Made by a program: the position numbers and the translations under genes. Below are positions 34,494 to 46,300 of a stretch of DNA of 64,000 nt, one piece after another. The stretch's first letter is position 1. Every line of letters begins with the position of its first letter. The notes below the pieces were generated by a model. That model did not search any database. It saw only the letters and a program-made list of their open reading frames with translations, and was not told the DNA's origin. Location: positions 58,530,001 to 58,594,000 of the forward strand of contig NC_045707.1 of assembly GCF_009834535.1 (NCBI RefSeq), read 5' to 3'. The stretch is from Camelus ferus. Its lineage: Eukaryota.

Positions 34494-36774
34494 TGGATCA
34501 CCTCTTAGCTGATTCCCTTTCTCCAGCCTCTCCCTTCCCCAATTCATTCAGAAATACATACTCTGAGTCACTGTCATAAAGCTCTGGTCAGGTTCGTTCT
34601 CTACTCACAGTACTCGAGGGGGCCCAGAGACACTTGGCATTCAAGGCCTTTGACTGGGTTCTACTCATTTTTATAATCTTACATCCATTTCCCTTTATGC
34701 AATACACACTCTAAATTTCCAGTTTTAATTACTGCTCCCCACTTCACTCAACTTTCCCTAGGCCTAAAATTTTAATCATCTTTGATTTTCATTTTACCTT
34801 AATTTTCATGCTGAAAACAATCACCATGTTCTGAGACGTCTATTGTACCCAATACTCTCAAGAAGACCCTTATCTTTTGGAATTTATGAATAATATGTCG
34901 TCTGGTCTCCAGAATCTATCCTCTATTAATCTATCTTCTATTTTTGCATGATTTCTAGAAAAGACCACATTGAGTGAAACTAGAGACGAATCCTGCGCTT
35001 TTTCTCCTGGGTTCTTCTTCCTCAGGAGAACTTGTCTTAGTCTTGGTGAGAATGAACAAAATTGCAAAAGACTATTACTCTTTTCAGAATTATTTTCTCC
35101 TCTTTGCCACAACTTCTTGTTTTCCTTCCCATAAACATTACCTCGTATAAAGTTCCACACAAAAATAGAATGTTCTGCTGAAGAAGTCAAAGGGGGGTTG
35201 AAGGTGATTGATTTGTATTTGAATTTTCAAGTGGCGAGCAAGGTGATCTTTTTTTTTTAACCATGGCTTTTACACAGAGATATAACAATTTCAGAGTCAT
35301 TCCTTTGGTGAAAAGACTCACTGCATTACACTAGATTTTGCAGCTATTAACAGCTGTCACTCAGTGGAAACAGTTTCCAGGAAGTGCACATATTTGCTAA
35401 AACTGCCACCTACTTCCTCAGCCTAAGTTTTAGAATAACTTTTCAAGAGCTCGTCCCATTTTTGCCACGTTAGAAAAGAAACTAAAGAAAGAAATCTCAG
35501 TGTAGAAGAAAAGCTGTTCAAAAGCAAAACTGGAAGCCCAGTTTTATCAGCTCAACAAGAATTAAATGGAAACACGTGAAAACTTGGGGGGAAAGGTTAA
35601 TATAGTATAGATCCCTGGAGTTTTATGATCAAATAGTAGTGTTTTCTGCATTAGCACATAGGCAATGAGAATTTCTATGAAGAGAAAAAAAATGCTAAAG
35701 GACTGTGAAGGAAATCAGGTAGAAAGTTCTTGATGAAGGTTACCAAACAGGAAAAAAAAGCTTCAGCCAATTGTAAAGATAATAAGGGTGCAGCAATGTG
35801 CAAAGCCAGTAACAGTGATGAAGGAATTAACAAAGGCACCTTAATTTTAGGCCTGGAAAAGAGCAGAGAACACTGGTAATTATCATGTGAACCCCTTCAC
35901 TGCAGTACTTTAAAGTGCCCTGAATGGAATTGAAAGGAATTGATCAATTGTTCTAACACATGTGAAAACGTGGAATGAGTCTACTGTGAAACTGGATAAA
36001 ATGGAAAACTAATTCTTTGTACCTTATGATAGAGTGTATAGCATCATGCTTTTACATCATAAAATCTGTACTAGATTCTTCAGCTTAATTAGGTGTGATT
36101 TTACCCCCTCCCCCGCCTTTCTTCCTCCCTCCTCTTCCTTCCCCCCCCCCCCCCCCGCTCACTAAATCGGTAATGCCTTTCCTCCCACTTCTTGATGGCG
36201 CTGATAACGTTGCTCCCTGTTTCTGAGATAAGGATACTTAGCACTTTTAGAGAGTAGACTTTTGATAATTAATACCTTAATTACAGTCAATCATTAAAAG
36301 CAACAGCACATGCCACTCTGGGGTGGGTTTAACTTCAGAGACTTCCTGCTTGCCATGCACAAAGCTTCATAATCCCTGAGTTTGGAAATGGAGTAAAGGG
36401 GCGAGGTTTTCTGCACTGTGTCTCCAGCTTCAGCAATCCTTGCTCCCGAGTAAGGCTCTCCAGGGCATTCTTGCTGCACTGATTTTGTTTTAGAATTTTT
36501 TTTTAATAAATAGAGACCCAAGAAGCATCTAACACGTTTCTTATCTTAATTTACCAGCACAGTTACATCAGTGTGAAAAAAAAAAAAAACCTCTGCCTCA
36601 TGTTTTGCCTGGTACTGAAATCTGAGAAAGCATGTGGTTATACCTGAGTCATTTAAGAAATTCTACTTAACAAGCTGTAGAGGAAAATAAAAAAAGTCAT
36701 GTAAAAATGAAGAAATAAGAAAATGATTGCTTCAAATTTTGGAGACAGTTTTAGTGGAAAAGCGGAAAGTAGCC

Positions 36775-37100
36775 TGTCTTAGTCCATTCAGGTTGCTGTA
36801 ACAAAAATCTCACAGATTGGGTGAATTAGAAAAATTGATATTTGTCACAGTTCTGGAGGCAAGATCAGGGCACCAGCAGGATTCTGTGCCTGGTGAGAGC
36901 CCACCTCCTAGTTCATAAATGTCCATCTTTTCACTGTGTCCTCACATGGCAGAAAGGGTAAGGAGCTCTCTGGGGACTCTGATAAGGGCTCTGATCTCAT
37001 TCATGAAGGCTCCATCCTCATGACCTAATCACCCCTAAAGGCCCACCTCCACATACCCTCACTCTGGAATTAGGTGTCAGTATATGAATTTGGGGAGGAT
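36775..37100 (-). mobile_element. MaLR solo LTR, MLT1A-like
   Basis: TGTCTTAGTCCATTCAGGTTGCTGTAACAAAA...CACAGTTCTGGAGGC...TGTGTCCTCACATGGCAGAA...CTCATGACCTAATCACC...TATGAATTTGGGGAG. Confidence 0.9.
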
Positions 37101-37152
37101 ATATATATATATATATATACACCCACGCACACACACCCACACACACATACAC
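37099..37152 (+). repeat. Compound (AT)n(CA)n microsatellite at the MLT1A end
   Basis: Directly visible. Confidence 0.93.
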
Positions 37153-37276
37153 TTTTACATACAAGTTATTAATTAAGAACAATACAAGGTCTTAATTGTG
37201 AATGTTCTGGGAGGAGAGAGCTTCCTGTAGGAATTAAGAGCCTGGGTGGACTTGGATTTGGCTCTAGTTAAAAGCC

Positions 37277-37749
37277 CTAAAGAAAGAGTGAAATGATGCC
37301 ATTTGCAGCGACAGGTATAGACCTAGAGATTAGCATACTAAGTGAAGTAAGTCAGACAAAGACAAATATCTTATGATGTCACTTATATGTAGAATCTTAA
37401 AAAAAGTACAAATTTTGTTTACAAATCAGAAATAGACTCACAGACATAGGAAGCAATCTGGTTACCAGGAGGGAAAGGTGGGGGGAAGGACAGATTAGGA
37501 ATTTAGGGTTAACATATAAACTACTGTATATAAAATAGATAAACAACAAGACCTACTGTATAGCACAGGGAACTATATTCAATTTCTTGTAAGAAGCCAT
37601 GATGGAAAAGAAACTGATAATATATGTATGTATGTGTATGTATACATGTATATATATGTATAACTGAAAAGCTTTGCTGTACACCTGAAACTAACATTAT
37701 AAATCGACTATACTTCAGTAAAAATTAAGAATTGGGAAAAAAAAAAAAA
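37277..37749 (+). mobile_element. 5'-truncated L1 3' end with poly(A), inserted in or next to a MIR
   Basis: GCCATTTGCAGCGAC...ATACTAAGTGAAGTAAGTCAGAC...GTATAGCACAGGGAACTATATTCA...TGTACACCTGAAACTAAC plus A-tail; TSD AAAAGCC at 37270-37276 and 37746-37752 after TT. MIR-like sequence follows (37753-37830). Confidence 0.92.
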
Positions 37750-38245
37750 GCCAGGCTTAGGTTTGAATCCTCTGCTGCCACTTAGTAGTTGAATAACCTT
37801 AGTTACTAAATCTCTCTGCCCTTCAGTTCATAGACATTCACACCTCTTGATGAGAACTAACTACTTTTACCAAAATATAATCTTTGGAAAATTTGCTAAA
37901 CTGAGAGTTCTGAAGAGCAAACCACATTAGCTTTCACACTCCCTTTAACATTGCTCAGGGACCAAAGAACCTGCCCTGTAATATCTCAGCACTTGGACTC
38001 TGCTCCTGCCAACCCTGTGAAAATACACTCCATCAGTGGTTATAATGGAATGCCTCCCAAAAGAAGAAATGGACAAAATGAGGATGAACGATGCTTTCCA
38101 ATTCAAATCCTCTTAATTTTGTTTAAAAAAAAAAAAAGGTACGTAGTACAAATTGATATTAGTTAGGGAAAAGGAAATCTCTGTTGCTTTTTCATTAAAT
38201 AAAAATTATTTTGCTCTCTCCCACATGCTATTTCCCTTCCACTTC

Positions 38246-38799
38246 TGTGCGGGCAGAATTCTGAGATGGCTCCCAAGATGTCACCTACCCCTCTTAGCAC
38301 CCCTTGTGTACATATCCCACTTAATCTCCTCTTCTTGACTGTGTTAGGTTACTTTATATGGCAAGGGTGAAGGCATCTTGCCAATGTATTTAAGGTTCCA
38401 AGTCAGTTGGTTTTGAATTAATCAAAAGGGAGATGCTCCTGGGTGTACTTGATGTAAGCAGCTGAAAGCCCTTCGAGAGGGACGAGACCTTTCCTGAGGT
38501 GCTGAGGTAACAGAGATGTTCTTCCACTTGCCTCAAAGAAGCCAACGGCCCACAAAAGGGGCACCTCTAGGAGCTGAGGGTCTCAGTCCTACAACCACAA
38601 GGAGCTGAATTTCTGCCAAAAATATGAAGGAACTTGGAAGAAGGTCCTGAGTCCCTCTTCTGGAGTCTAGTTGACACAGATTGCAGTCTTGGGAGACCCT
38701 GAGCAGAGGATTCAGTTAAACTATGAGATAATAAATGTGTATTGTTTGAAGCCACTAAATTTGTTGTAAGCTTTTATGCAGCAGGAGGAAATTCATACA
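38246..38799 (+). mobile_element. MaLR solo LTR, MLT1E-like
   Basis: TG...CA termini; GGCAGAATTCTGAGATGGCTCCCAAGAT, AATCAAAAGGGAGAT, TCAGTCCTACAACCACAAGGAGCTGAAT, GAGATAATAAATGTGTATTGTTTGAAGCCACTAAATTTG. Confidence 0.88.
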
Positions 38800-40349
38800 T
38801 CTCTCTGCAAACCAATTTTTTGCATATGTTTTTAATAGTGGAATGTAGACCCCCAAATTAATTCAACAAGCAATTATTTAGTATCTATAGGAACAGTAAA
38901 TATGAGAATGTCCATTTCTGCTCCTCCCAGAAAAAAATTTAGACTTATCTGGAAGAATAAGACAGATAGCTCTAACATAAGAACAAACTGGCAAGTACCA
39001 TAAGCATGAGGCCCATGGAAGGTCTAGGGACGGGGAGACTCTGATCAATGAAGCAGGAAAGAGGACGATCATGTTAGTCTGTGGTCTGAGCAACGCCTGA
39101 TGGTCAAAGTGACTTAGTCACTGGAATGTGTCAGAAAAAGTTCCTAACATTCAAGCTCTCAGTGGACTGTCACCAACTTCTCTGACCCAGGTTCACAAGC
39201 AACTTCTGTCACCAAAATAGGAGAGCTTTGTGATAACACCAGGGGTGTGGATATGTGCTGGCATTCAGAGGGAGCCGGGAGGGGGTGAGCTTTGCCTATG
39301 CTAACGACAGTCTCTGTCCTTTCATCTCTTCTGCTCATTACCTCAACACGGGCCCTGATTCCCCTTCATCCTGCCAAGTGCACCGGCTATAATTCTGTTT
39401 GTACTGCCATGGGGGAGAACAGTTCTCACTCCCTGCTCTTACTTTCTCACTTCTTAATTCCTCACCTCACACCCTGCAAGCTGGCTTCTGATGCCAGCTG
39501 TCTAATGAAACAAGGCTTTCCAAGGTCAGCCAAGAGCTCTAAATACACTGGCCTTTTCTCCAGCGTAAGCTTCCATGATCTCTGCAGCATTTGCTATGGC
39601 TGGACGCTGATATCTCTAATGATTTCTTCCCGTGGTCAAAAAAGAAAAAAGAAAAAAATGAGTTGGATCCATACTCTGTTCTTTAAAATCCCATAAAGGC
39701 TTATGGTTTGCAGAGTAAATATCATCTGCTTAGCAAAACATTAAATACTCTAAAAAATGGGGTCACGTGCTTTTTCTTAGATCAGCATCATTCAATGTAC
39801 CCTACAGTCCAGACACAGCAACCAAACTGTTAACCATAAGACTGTGTGATGGTGCTCACAACTCAAGTTGTTCAGTATGGAATCACCTTCTATCCATTGG
39901 GTTATGTAAATCCTTCTCTGTTTCAAGGCATAATTCAAAAGCCATCTCTCTTTTTTTTTTTAACTCCTCTGTTATCCTCATACGATTTCTCCTTCCTTCA
40001 TGCTTTGCTTACTTGGACCTTTCTTGAATACTTACTTCACTATGTCTTGTATTAAAGTATGTTTTCCTTAATATCTTTGAGATTCTTTACTCCTACATAA
40101 AATTAAAATCATAAACATACGCCCATCAAGGTTGCTATGAGGAATAACTGGTCAAATAATAATTCAATATACAGATGAGGTCCTGTAGCAATCACTGAAA
40201 AATACTGATAATGGTGATAGTGCCGATACCTGCTTCCTCTTTCCTACGATACTGAAAACGTGGGAAGGGTAGATTGCATGCTCTGTCATTTTTGTTTCCC
40301 CAAACTTCAAGCAGTACATTCAGTAAATTCTTTTGAATCATATTGGCTG

Positions 40350-41125
40350 CTTTTCTCAGAAACTCTTTTCACTTAGCTTCTATGGCACTCTCTACTTCGG
40401 CTTTACCCACTACTCTTCTGACAGCTAATTTATCTCTTCATCAGTTTCATTCCTCATCCATGACTTCAATATTTTAAGAATTTATCATTGACTCCTTGAC
40501 CCCAGACATTCTTACTTATGACAACTATCCACCTTGACAACCTCAATTTATATGTGGTCAGCTCCCTAAACCTCAGTTTCCCATGCTGAACTCTCTCTTG
40601 GGTTCCCCATTCCCTGCCAGGCATAACCGTCGAATGATCACCCAGGTTCTCTGGAATGATTTTGCATTTTCTTTTTCCTACACACCCTCAGGTCCAGTTG
40701 TAGTGCCCGTCAACTGCATGTTCCCTGGGTCTGTCACATCAGTTAATGCTTTCATTATCTCGAGATTTCCTTCAGTTGCCTCCTTCCTGCCTGGTCCTTC
40801 TCTCCAAGCTCACCCCTTGCAGTCTGTCCTGCCCACACACTGCTGCCGGACTGATGGTCCTTAAACAAAACAATAATTACGTTACTTCCATGTTTAAATA
40901 TCTTGAATGGTTCCTGGCTCCTCTTTAACGATTTAATGAAGTCTAAAGTCTTTAGCCTGATATTGATGGCTCTCTCTAACTTAATTCCAAATTACATTTC
41001 CAGGCTCATCTTTGATGAATCCTCTACACATTTCTACTGTCTTATATTGTTATTGTTTCTATGCATATCTTATCTCTCCTATTAAGAAGGATAACTTATT
41101 CCACTTTGTATTCTACCACCAAGCA
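40350..41125 (+). mobile_element. L2 fragment
   Basis: Pyrimidine-rich L2 motifs such as GAAACTCTTTTCACTTAGCTTCTATGGCAC, CAGTCTGTCCTGCCCACAC, CTTGAATGGTTCC, AAGTCTAAAGTCTTTAGCCTGA. Confidence 0.65.
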
Positions 41126-41139
41126 ATTCTTCCATGCCA

Positions 41140-42005
41140 TACATATTTATTGACTGCCTAGTCTTTGTAAGGCATGCAGCATGTAGTCTAGAAGATAAGT
41201 GGGTCAAAGTCTGAGGCTGTCTTCTAAGAAATTAAAATCTAGTAAAGAAGATAAGATATGAGCATAATACTACACAGTAGAAGATAAGTATATTAAAAGG
41301 GTAATATGGTTTCTGTAGCAGGAGCTTTACAGAAGAGCTAGCATTTGACTTGAGCCTTAACCTTTTAGGACAGGGAGGCTTGGATATGTAGAGACGGGGT
41401 GATGGCATTTCAGGTGTAGGAACACCATGGACTAAGGTACAAAGGCAGGAACTAGAGCTGTGTCTCTGGAACAGTGAATAGTTCAGTTTGAGAAGCTGAG
41501 ATGAGGTTGAAAATGTAGGTTGGGGCTAGACTACAGAGGGTCTTGGATGGCAAAGGATTTCAGAACTCAGCTAAGGGGAAAGTACTTAAGGCTTATGAGC
41601 AAGGGACTTGGTGTGTTCAGAGCTATGCTCCAGGAAGAATCATCTGGAAGATTATGTAGAATGGATTGGCAAACAGTGGGAAATGATTATGGGAAAATCT
41701 CTTAGGAGGCTCTAATAACTGTAATATGAATGAAGACCCCAGTAGAGCAGTGGTAGTGGGAAGAAGAGGTGAAAAGACAAGCGAGTAAGGCAATAGGACT
41801 TGTTAACTAGCTGGACAAGGGGGGCAAGAAGTAGGAAGAATCGAAGATAATGCTAGGGTTTTGAGCTTCAGGGTAGAGAGGTGTGTGAGTGTGTGCGTGT
41901 GTGTGCACATGTATGTGTGTGCTTTGCTGGGGAAAAAGGTGAGTTTAGTTGGAATAGACTGAATTTCGATTGCAAATGGCATATACAGATGAATGGATCT
42001 TAAAA
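41140..42005 (-). mobile_element. L2 fragment, host of the nested L1s; resumes at about 43505
   Basis: CATATTTATTGACTGCCTA 3' end; GCATTTGACTTGAGCCTTAA, GGCATTTCAGGTGTAGGAACACCATGG, TGAGTTTAGTTGGA. Confidence 0.75.
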
Positions 42006-42024
42006 AGACACCTTTAAAAATGGA

Positions 42025-42782
42025 GTTCCTTGTAGTTTTAATTTGCATTTTCCTAATGACTAAAAATGTTGAATGTAAATGATCCTTACATGAATTTATT
42101 GGTTATGTATATCTTCTTTCATTGAGTATCCGTACAGATCTTTTGCTCATTTTTGTATTGATTTGTAAGAGTTTTTTTTTTTTAATATATTCTGGAAGCA
42201 GCATCTTTGTCAAATATATATATTACAGATATTCTTTCAATCTATGACTTGCCTTTTTATTTTCTTAATGGTGTATTTCTAAAAGCAGAAGTCTTTACTT
42301 TTGAAGAAATTTCATTCATCAATTTTTTCTTTTGTAGTTTGTGCTTTTTTGTATCCTTTTGAGAAGATCTTTGTTGGGTAGGGGAAATGAGTTACTGGCC
42401 AAAAGGTACAAACTTCCAGTTATGAGATAAATAGGTTCTGAGGCTCTAATGTACAGCATAGTGATTAGTGCCAATAATCATGTATTACTACTTGAAAGCA
42501 GCTAAGAGTAGATCTTAAATATCCTCAGCTCAAAAAAGAAATGGTAATTATGTCATAGGATTGAAGTTTTGGCTAATAATATGGTGGTAATCATTTTGTA
42601 TCAAATCAACATGTAAACACTTTAAACTTATACAATATTATGTTATCAACTATACTTCAATAAAGCTGGGAAAAAAGAAGACTTTTGCCTATATCAAGAT
42701 CACTGAATTATCTGCTATGTTTTCTTCTAGAAGTTTTACAATTTTAACTTTTATGTTTAGATCTATAATCTGTTTTGGGTTA
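42025..42782 (-). mobile_element. Old L1 ORF2 segment (inverted 5' part), split by a younger L1 at 42374-42675
   Basis: GTAGTTTTAATTTGCATTTTCCTAATGAC...TTTTCTTCTAGAAGTTTTACAATTTTAAC...TTTAGATCTATAATC, antisense ORF2 motifs continuous across the insert. Confidence 0.85.
42374..42675 (+). mobile_element. L1MA9-like 3' end
   Basis: AAAAGGTACAAACTTCCAGTTATGAGATAAATAGGTTCTG...GCTAAGAGTAGATCTTAAAT...CAATAAAGCTGGGAAAAAA; degenerate TSD AGAAGATCTTTG / AGAAGACTTTTG. Confidence 0.85.
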
Positions 42783-43500
42783 CCAGGGAAATGCACATTA
42801 AAATGACAATGATACCTTCTTTACCTGTACCTACAATGACTAAAATGAAAAAGACCAATAATTCCAACTGTGGACAAGGGCACGGAGCAACTGGAACTCT
42901 AGTACATCACTGGTGGGTGGTAAATATCACAGTCATTTTTGGAAAAGTTTGAATTTTTTTTCTTATGTAAAGAAAAATACTTTTCCTACTACTCAGCAGT
43001 TCCATACCTAGGCATTCTACAAGAGAGCAACATAAACATATATCAATTCAAAGACTTGCACAAGAATATTTACAGCAGCTTTATTCTTAAGAGTCCCAAA
43101 CTGAAAACAACATGGATTTTCATTAATAGATAAGCAAATTGTGGACTACAATGGAAAATACAGTAGAATACTGAGCAATAAAAAGGAATGGATTACTGAT
43201 AAATAAAAGAACATGGGCGAATCTCAAAAACATTAGGCTCAGTGAAAGAAGCCAGATGTAAAAGACTACACAGGGCATAGTTCCATTTTTATGAAATGCT
43301 TGAACAGTCAAAACTAATTTATAGTGACAGAAGGCAGAACAATTATCACCTAGAATCAGGGCAGGAATTGCTGGCAAGAGACCAGAGCCCTGTTTTGGAG
43401 TGTGATTACATTTGATATACTTGTCAAAATGCACAGAGCTGTACATTTGCAATGGGTGCATCTCATTGTAGGCAAACCATTCTTTAATAAAGGTAATTTA
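42783..43500 (+). mobile_element. Old L1 (L1MD/L1ME-like) ORF2 end plus 3'UTR
   Basis: CAGGGAAATGCACATTAAAA, GAGCAACTGGAACTCT, CAGCAGTTCCATACCTAGG, AATCTCAAAAACATTAGGCTCAGTGAAAGAAGCCAGA, terminal AATAAA. Confidence 0.88.
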
Positions 43501-44887
43501 ACACGAGGGGAGAGCTCCGTAAAGACATCAAGACTGGGGACTGACTTTCGAGTATGATGTACATACAGATAGTATTGGAAATACTGAAATTATGAAGAAA
43601 TCGTAGAGGTAGATGAAGGTCATAGAGATCCTTGGAAAGTGCCCACCTGTTAGTGATCAGAGAAGGCAGAGAGAAAGAGAAAGAACACTCCAAAAGAAAG
43701 AGGATGAAAGTGTCAGAAACCAAGAGAGAAGAGAATACAAGTAAGGGTAAGGGACATGGCATGGGTGCCTGTTACAGACAGGCCCAGTGTCTCTGGCTGA
43801 GTGAAGGGCCAGGTCAGGGAGTCCAGACAGACGCAAAGCTGCGTCAAGCTCCAGTGGAGGATGAAAGCAGCAGAACTGACTTGTTTTCCTGTAACGGAAG
43901 CGCCGGTGAAGTCATGCGGTGCTCAACTTTTAGAAAGATCATTAAGTTTGAACTCTGATGGGCTTTCACATCCTCCGCCGCTGGTGTCAGAGCTGAAGGC
44001 TACAAAATGCAAAACAGCAAAGCATTCTCTACTGATGAGGACCTGGAAGGCAGCCAGTGAAATCACACGAGAGCCACATTAGCAGGTCTGGAAAAGAAAG
44101 GTGGATGGATGACAGCAGCGGCGGAAAGATGAAGTGATATGGAACAGGTCCAGTTACCTTGCCAGCCATCTTGAAGCACCACTTCAGATGATATCCACGG
44201 TTGTGGCATTATCAGCAACAACAGCCCCTGGAAGGCTAACGTGCTGTGCGTTGTGTGGCTCATAAATGAAAGAGAGACTCAGACGAGTTTTCTATAAAAA
44301 GCTACTCACCAGAGAAAACCTCACAAAAGTACCTGTCGGGGGAGAAACTGCTGTAACACAACACTTGCTGGCATCTTTGGACTCTCGGTGAACGTACAAA
44401 AAACCAGGCCATGTTGTACAGCAATCGTTATAAGAAACGAGTTCATCTTGCTTCCTGGGCATTGCAATACAATGCTGCATTATTTTTACAACTGAAAGAC
44501 GAAACTAGTATCAAGTCCCAGGTCTCCACTTGAGTAAAAATGCTTACGGGGAGAACCGTTTACTCCGAGGACCAATTTGGTAGCCGTTTGTATCTCAGTG
44601 CTGAATCAGACTGGACTGCCACCAGGCCAAAGAGATTCAAACGAACCAAATGGGGTATATTCTAATTCATCACAGGCAAGGAGGAAAGAAAATGAAACAA
44701 GAGATGACAAAGACTGAGCAAAGGGAGAGAAAAATAAAAGGAGAGAAAAGATGATTGTGAAGGGCTGAGTGCTTGAGGGCAAAGCAAGATGGCTCAGAGA
44801 GTGGCCTAACTGTAGTCCAGCATAGTGTTTAATTCCACCTTTGACTACTATTATTACCCATTTCCAGTAATACCTTTTTGGAAGCAC

Positions 44888-45394
44888 TTTTTTTTTTTTA
44901 AAAGAGATGTAATTGACAGATAACATTATATTAGTTTCAGGTGTACAACATGATGATTCAATATTTGTGTGTATTGCAAAATGATCACCCTGATAAGTCT
45001 AGTTAACACCTATCACTACACATAGTTACAAATCTTTTTCCTAGTGATAAGAACTTTTTTTTTTTAATTTCTGGAGGGGAGGTAATTAGGATTGATTGAT
45101 GGATTTAAATGGAGGTACTGGGGATTGAACCCAGGACCTTGTCCATGCTAAGCATGCACTCTATCACTGAGCTATACCTCCCCCAATGATGAGAACTTTT
45201 AAGATCTACTCTCTTAGCCACTTGCAAATACACACTGCAGTATTATTAACCACAGTCACCATGCTGAACATTACTTCCCCACGACTGACGGATTTCGCAA
45301 CTGCAAATTTTTACCTTTTGGCCCCCTTGACCCATTTTGCCTACTCCCCACCCCCTGCCTCTGGCCTCTGCCAATCTGTTCTCTGTTCTCTATG
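44888..45394 (-). mobile_element. L1MA9-like 3' end, split by a Vic-1 SINE
   Basis: Poly(T) then TAATTGACAGATAACATTATATTAGTTTCAGGTGTACAACAT...AAGATCTACTCTCTTAGC...CCAATCTGTTCTCTG. Confidence 0.88.
45059..45186 (-). mobile_element. tRNA-derived SINE, Vic-1-like, inserted in an L1 3' end
   Basis: A and B boxes present; TSD TGAT(A/G)AGAACTTTT at 45045-45058 and 45187-45200; TT/AAAA endonuclease site on the minus strand. Confidence 0.9.
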
Positions 45395-46139
45395 ACTGGA
45401 GCATTTTCTTGTTAATAAAATTATCTAGGATCTTTTGAGCTAAAGGAGAGTATTTCTGCTTAGTATGAGCCAAGGTTGGTGCTGAGGTTGGAGACACACA
45501 GAGGAAGACTGTTCTGATCTCACGCAGATCGGCTGGCATTAAGAGAGAAAACATGAACAGATACGTACATAAAGTAGAAATTACAAACATATGTAAAGCA
45601 CAGACTTCTAACAGAGGGCGAACTGCTGATTAATAGTAGATGACAAGGTTTTGTAGCAGTGAGAACAGAAAGACCTTTAAAAACGAGTAGATTTCTGAAG
45701 CGTAACTTGACGTTGTTCAGCCAGATGAGCAGAAGCCAGCAAGAAATTTCAGGCAGAGGAGACAGTTTGTACCAAGATCCGGGAGCAGGGGACCATACGG
45801 GTAATAAATTCAGTAACTCTGAGTCTCTGTCCTGCTGAAATGAACTGTGTGAGGCTGAACAGTTGGAGATGAGGCTGGAATGTATACAAAGGTCATATCA
45901 TATCTTACAAAGCTGTCGGTATCTTGCCAAGACACTTGAATTTAGAGATCCTTCTGGTAGAAACGTTCTGAGTCTGTAATGCTACTGAGGCATTACATGT
46001 GCTTTGGTTTAGTTCCTAAGCATGGCGTACACAGCCTAGCACATAGTAGGAACTTTATAAATATGCATTAGAAGTTTACTTTGAATGATTTTGAATATAG
46101 CCTGCATTATATTCCAGACAATGTCTTACACACTTCATG

Positions 46140-46300
46140 TGTATTAATATTTCACTGCTCACGTCCTCCCAGAGGTAAATACTGTGATTATCCTCATTTT
46201 ACAGAGAGATTAAAATGATACACCCAAGGTCATACAGCAGTAATGGCAGCACTGGGACCTTGAACCCAGACAGACCTACTCCAGATCTTATCCTCTGGCC
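46140..46300 (-). mobile_element. MIR SINE
   Basis: ATTATCCTCATTTTACAGAG...CCCAAGGTCATACAGC...TTGAACCCAGACAG. Confidence 0.75.
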
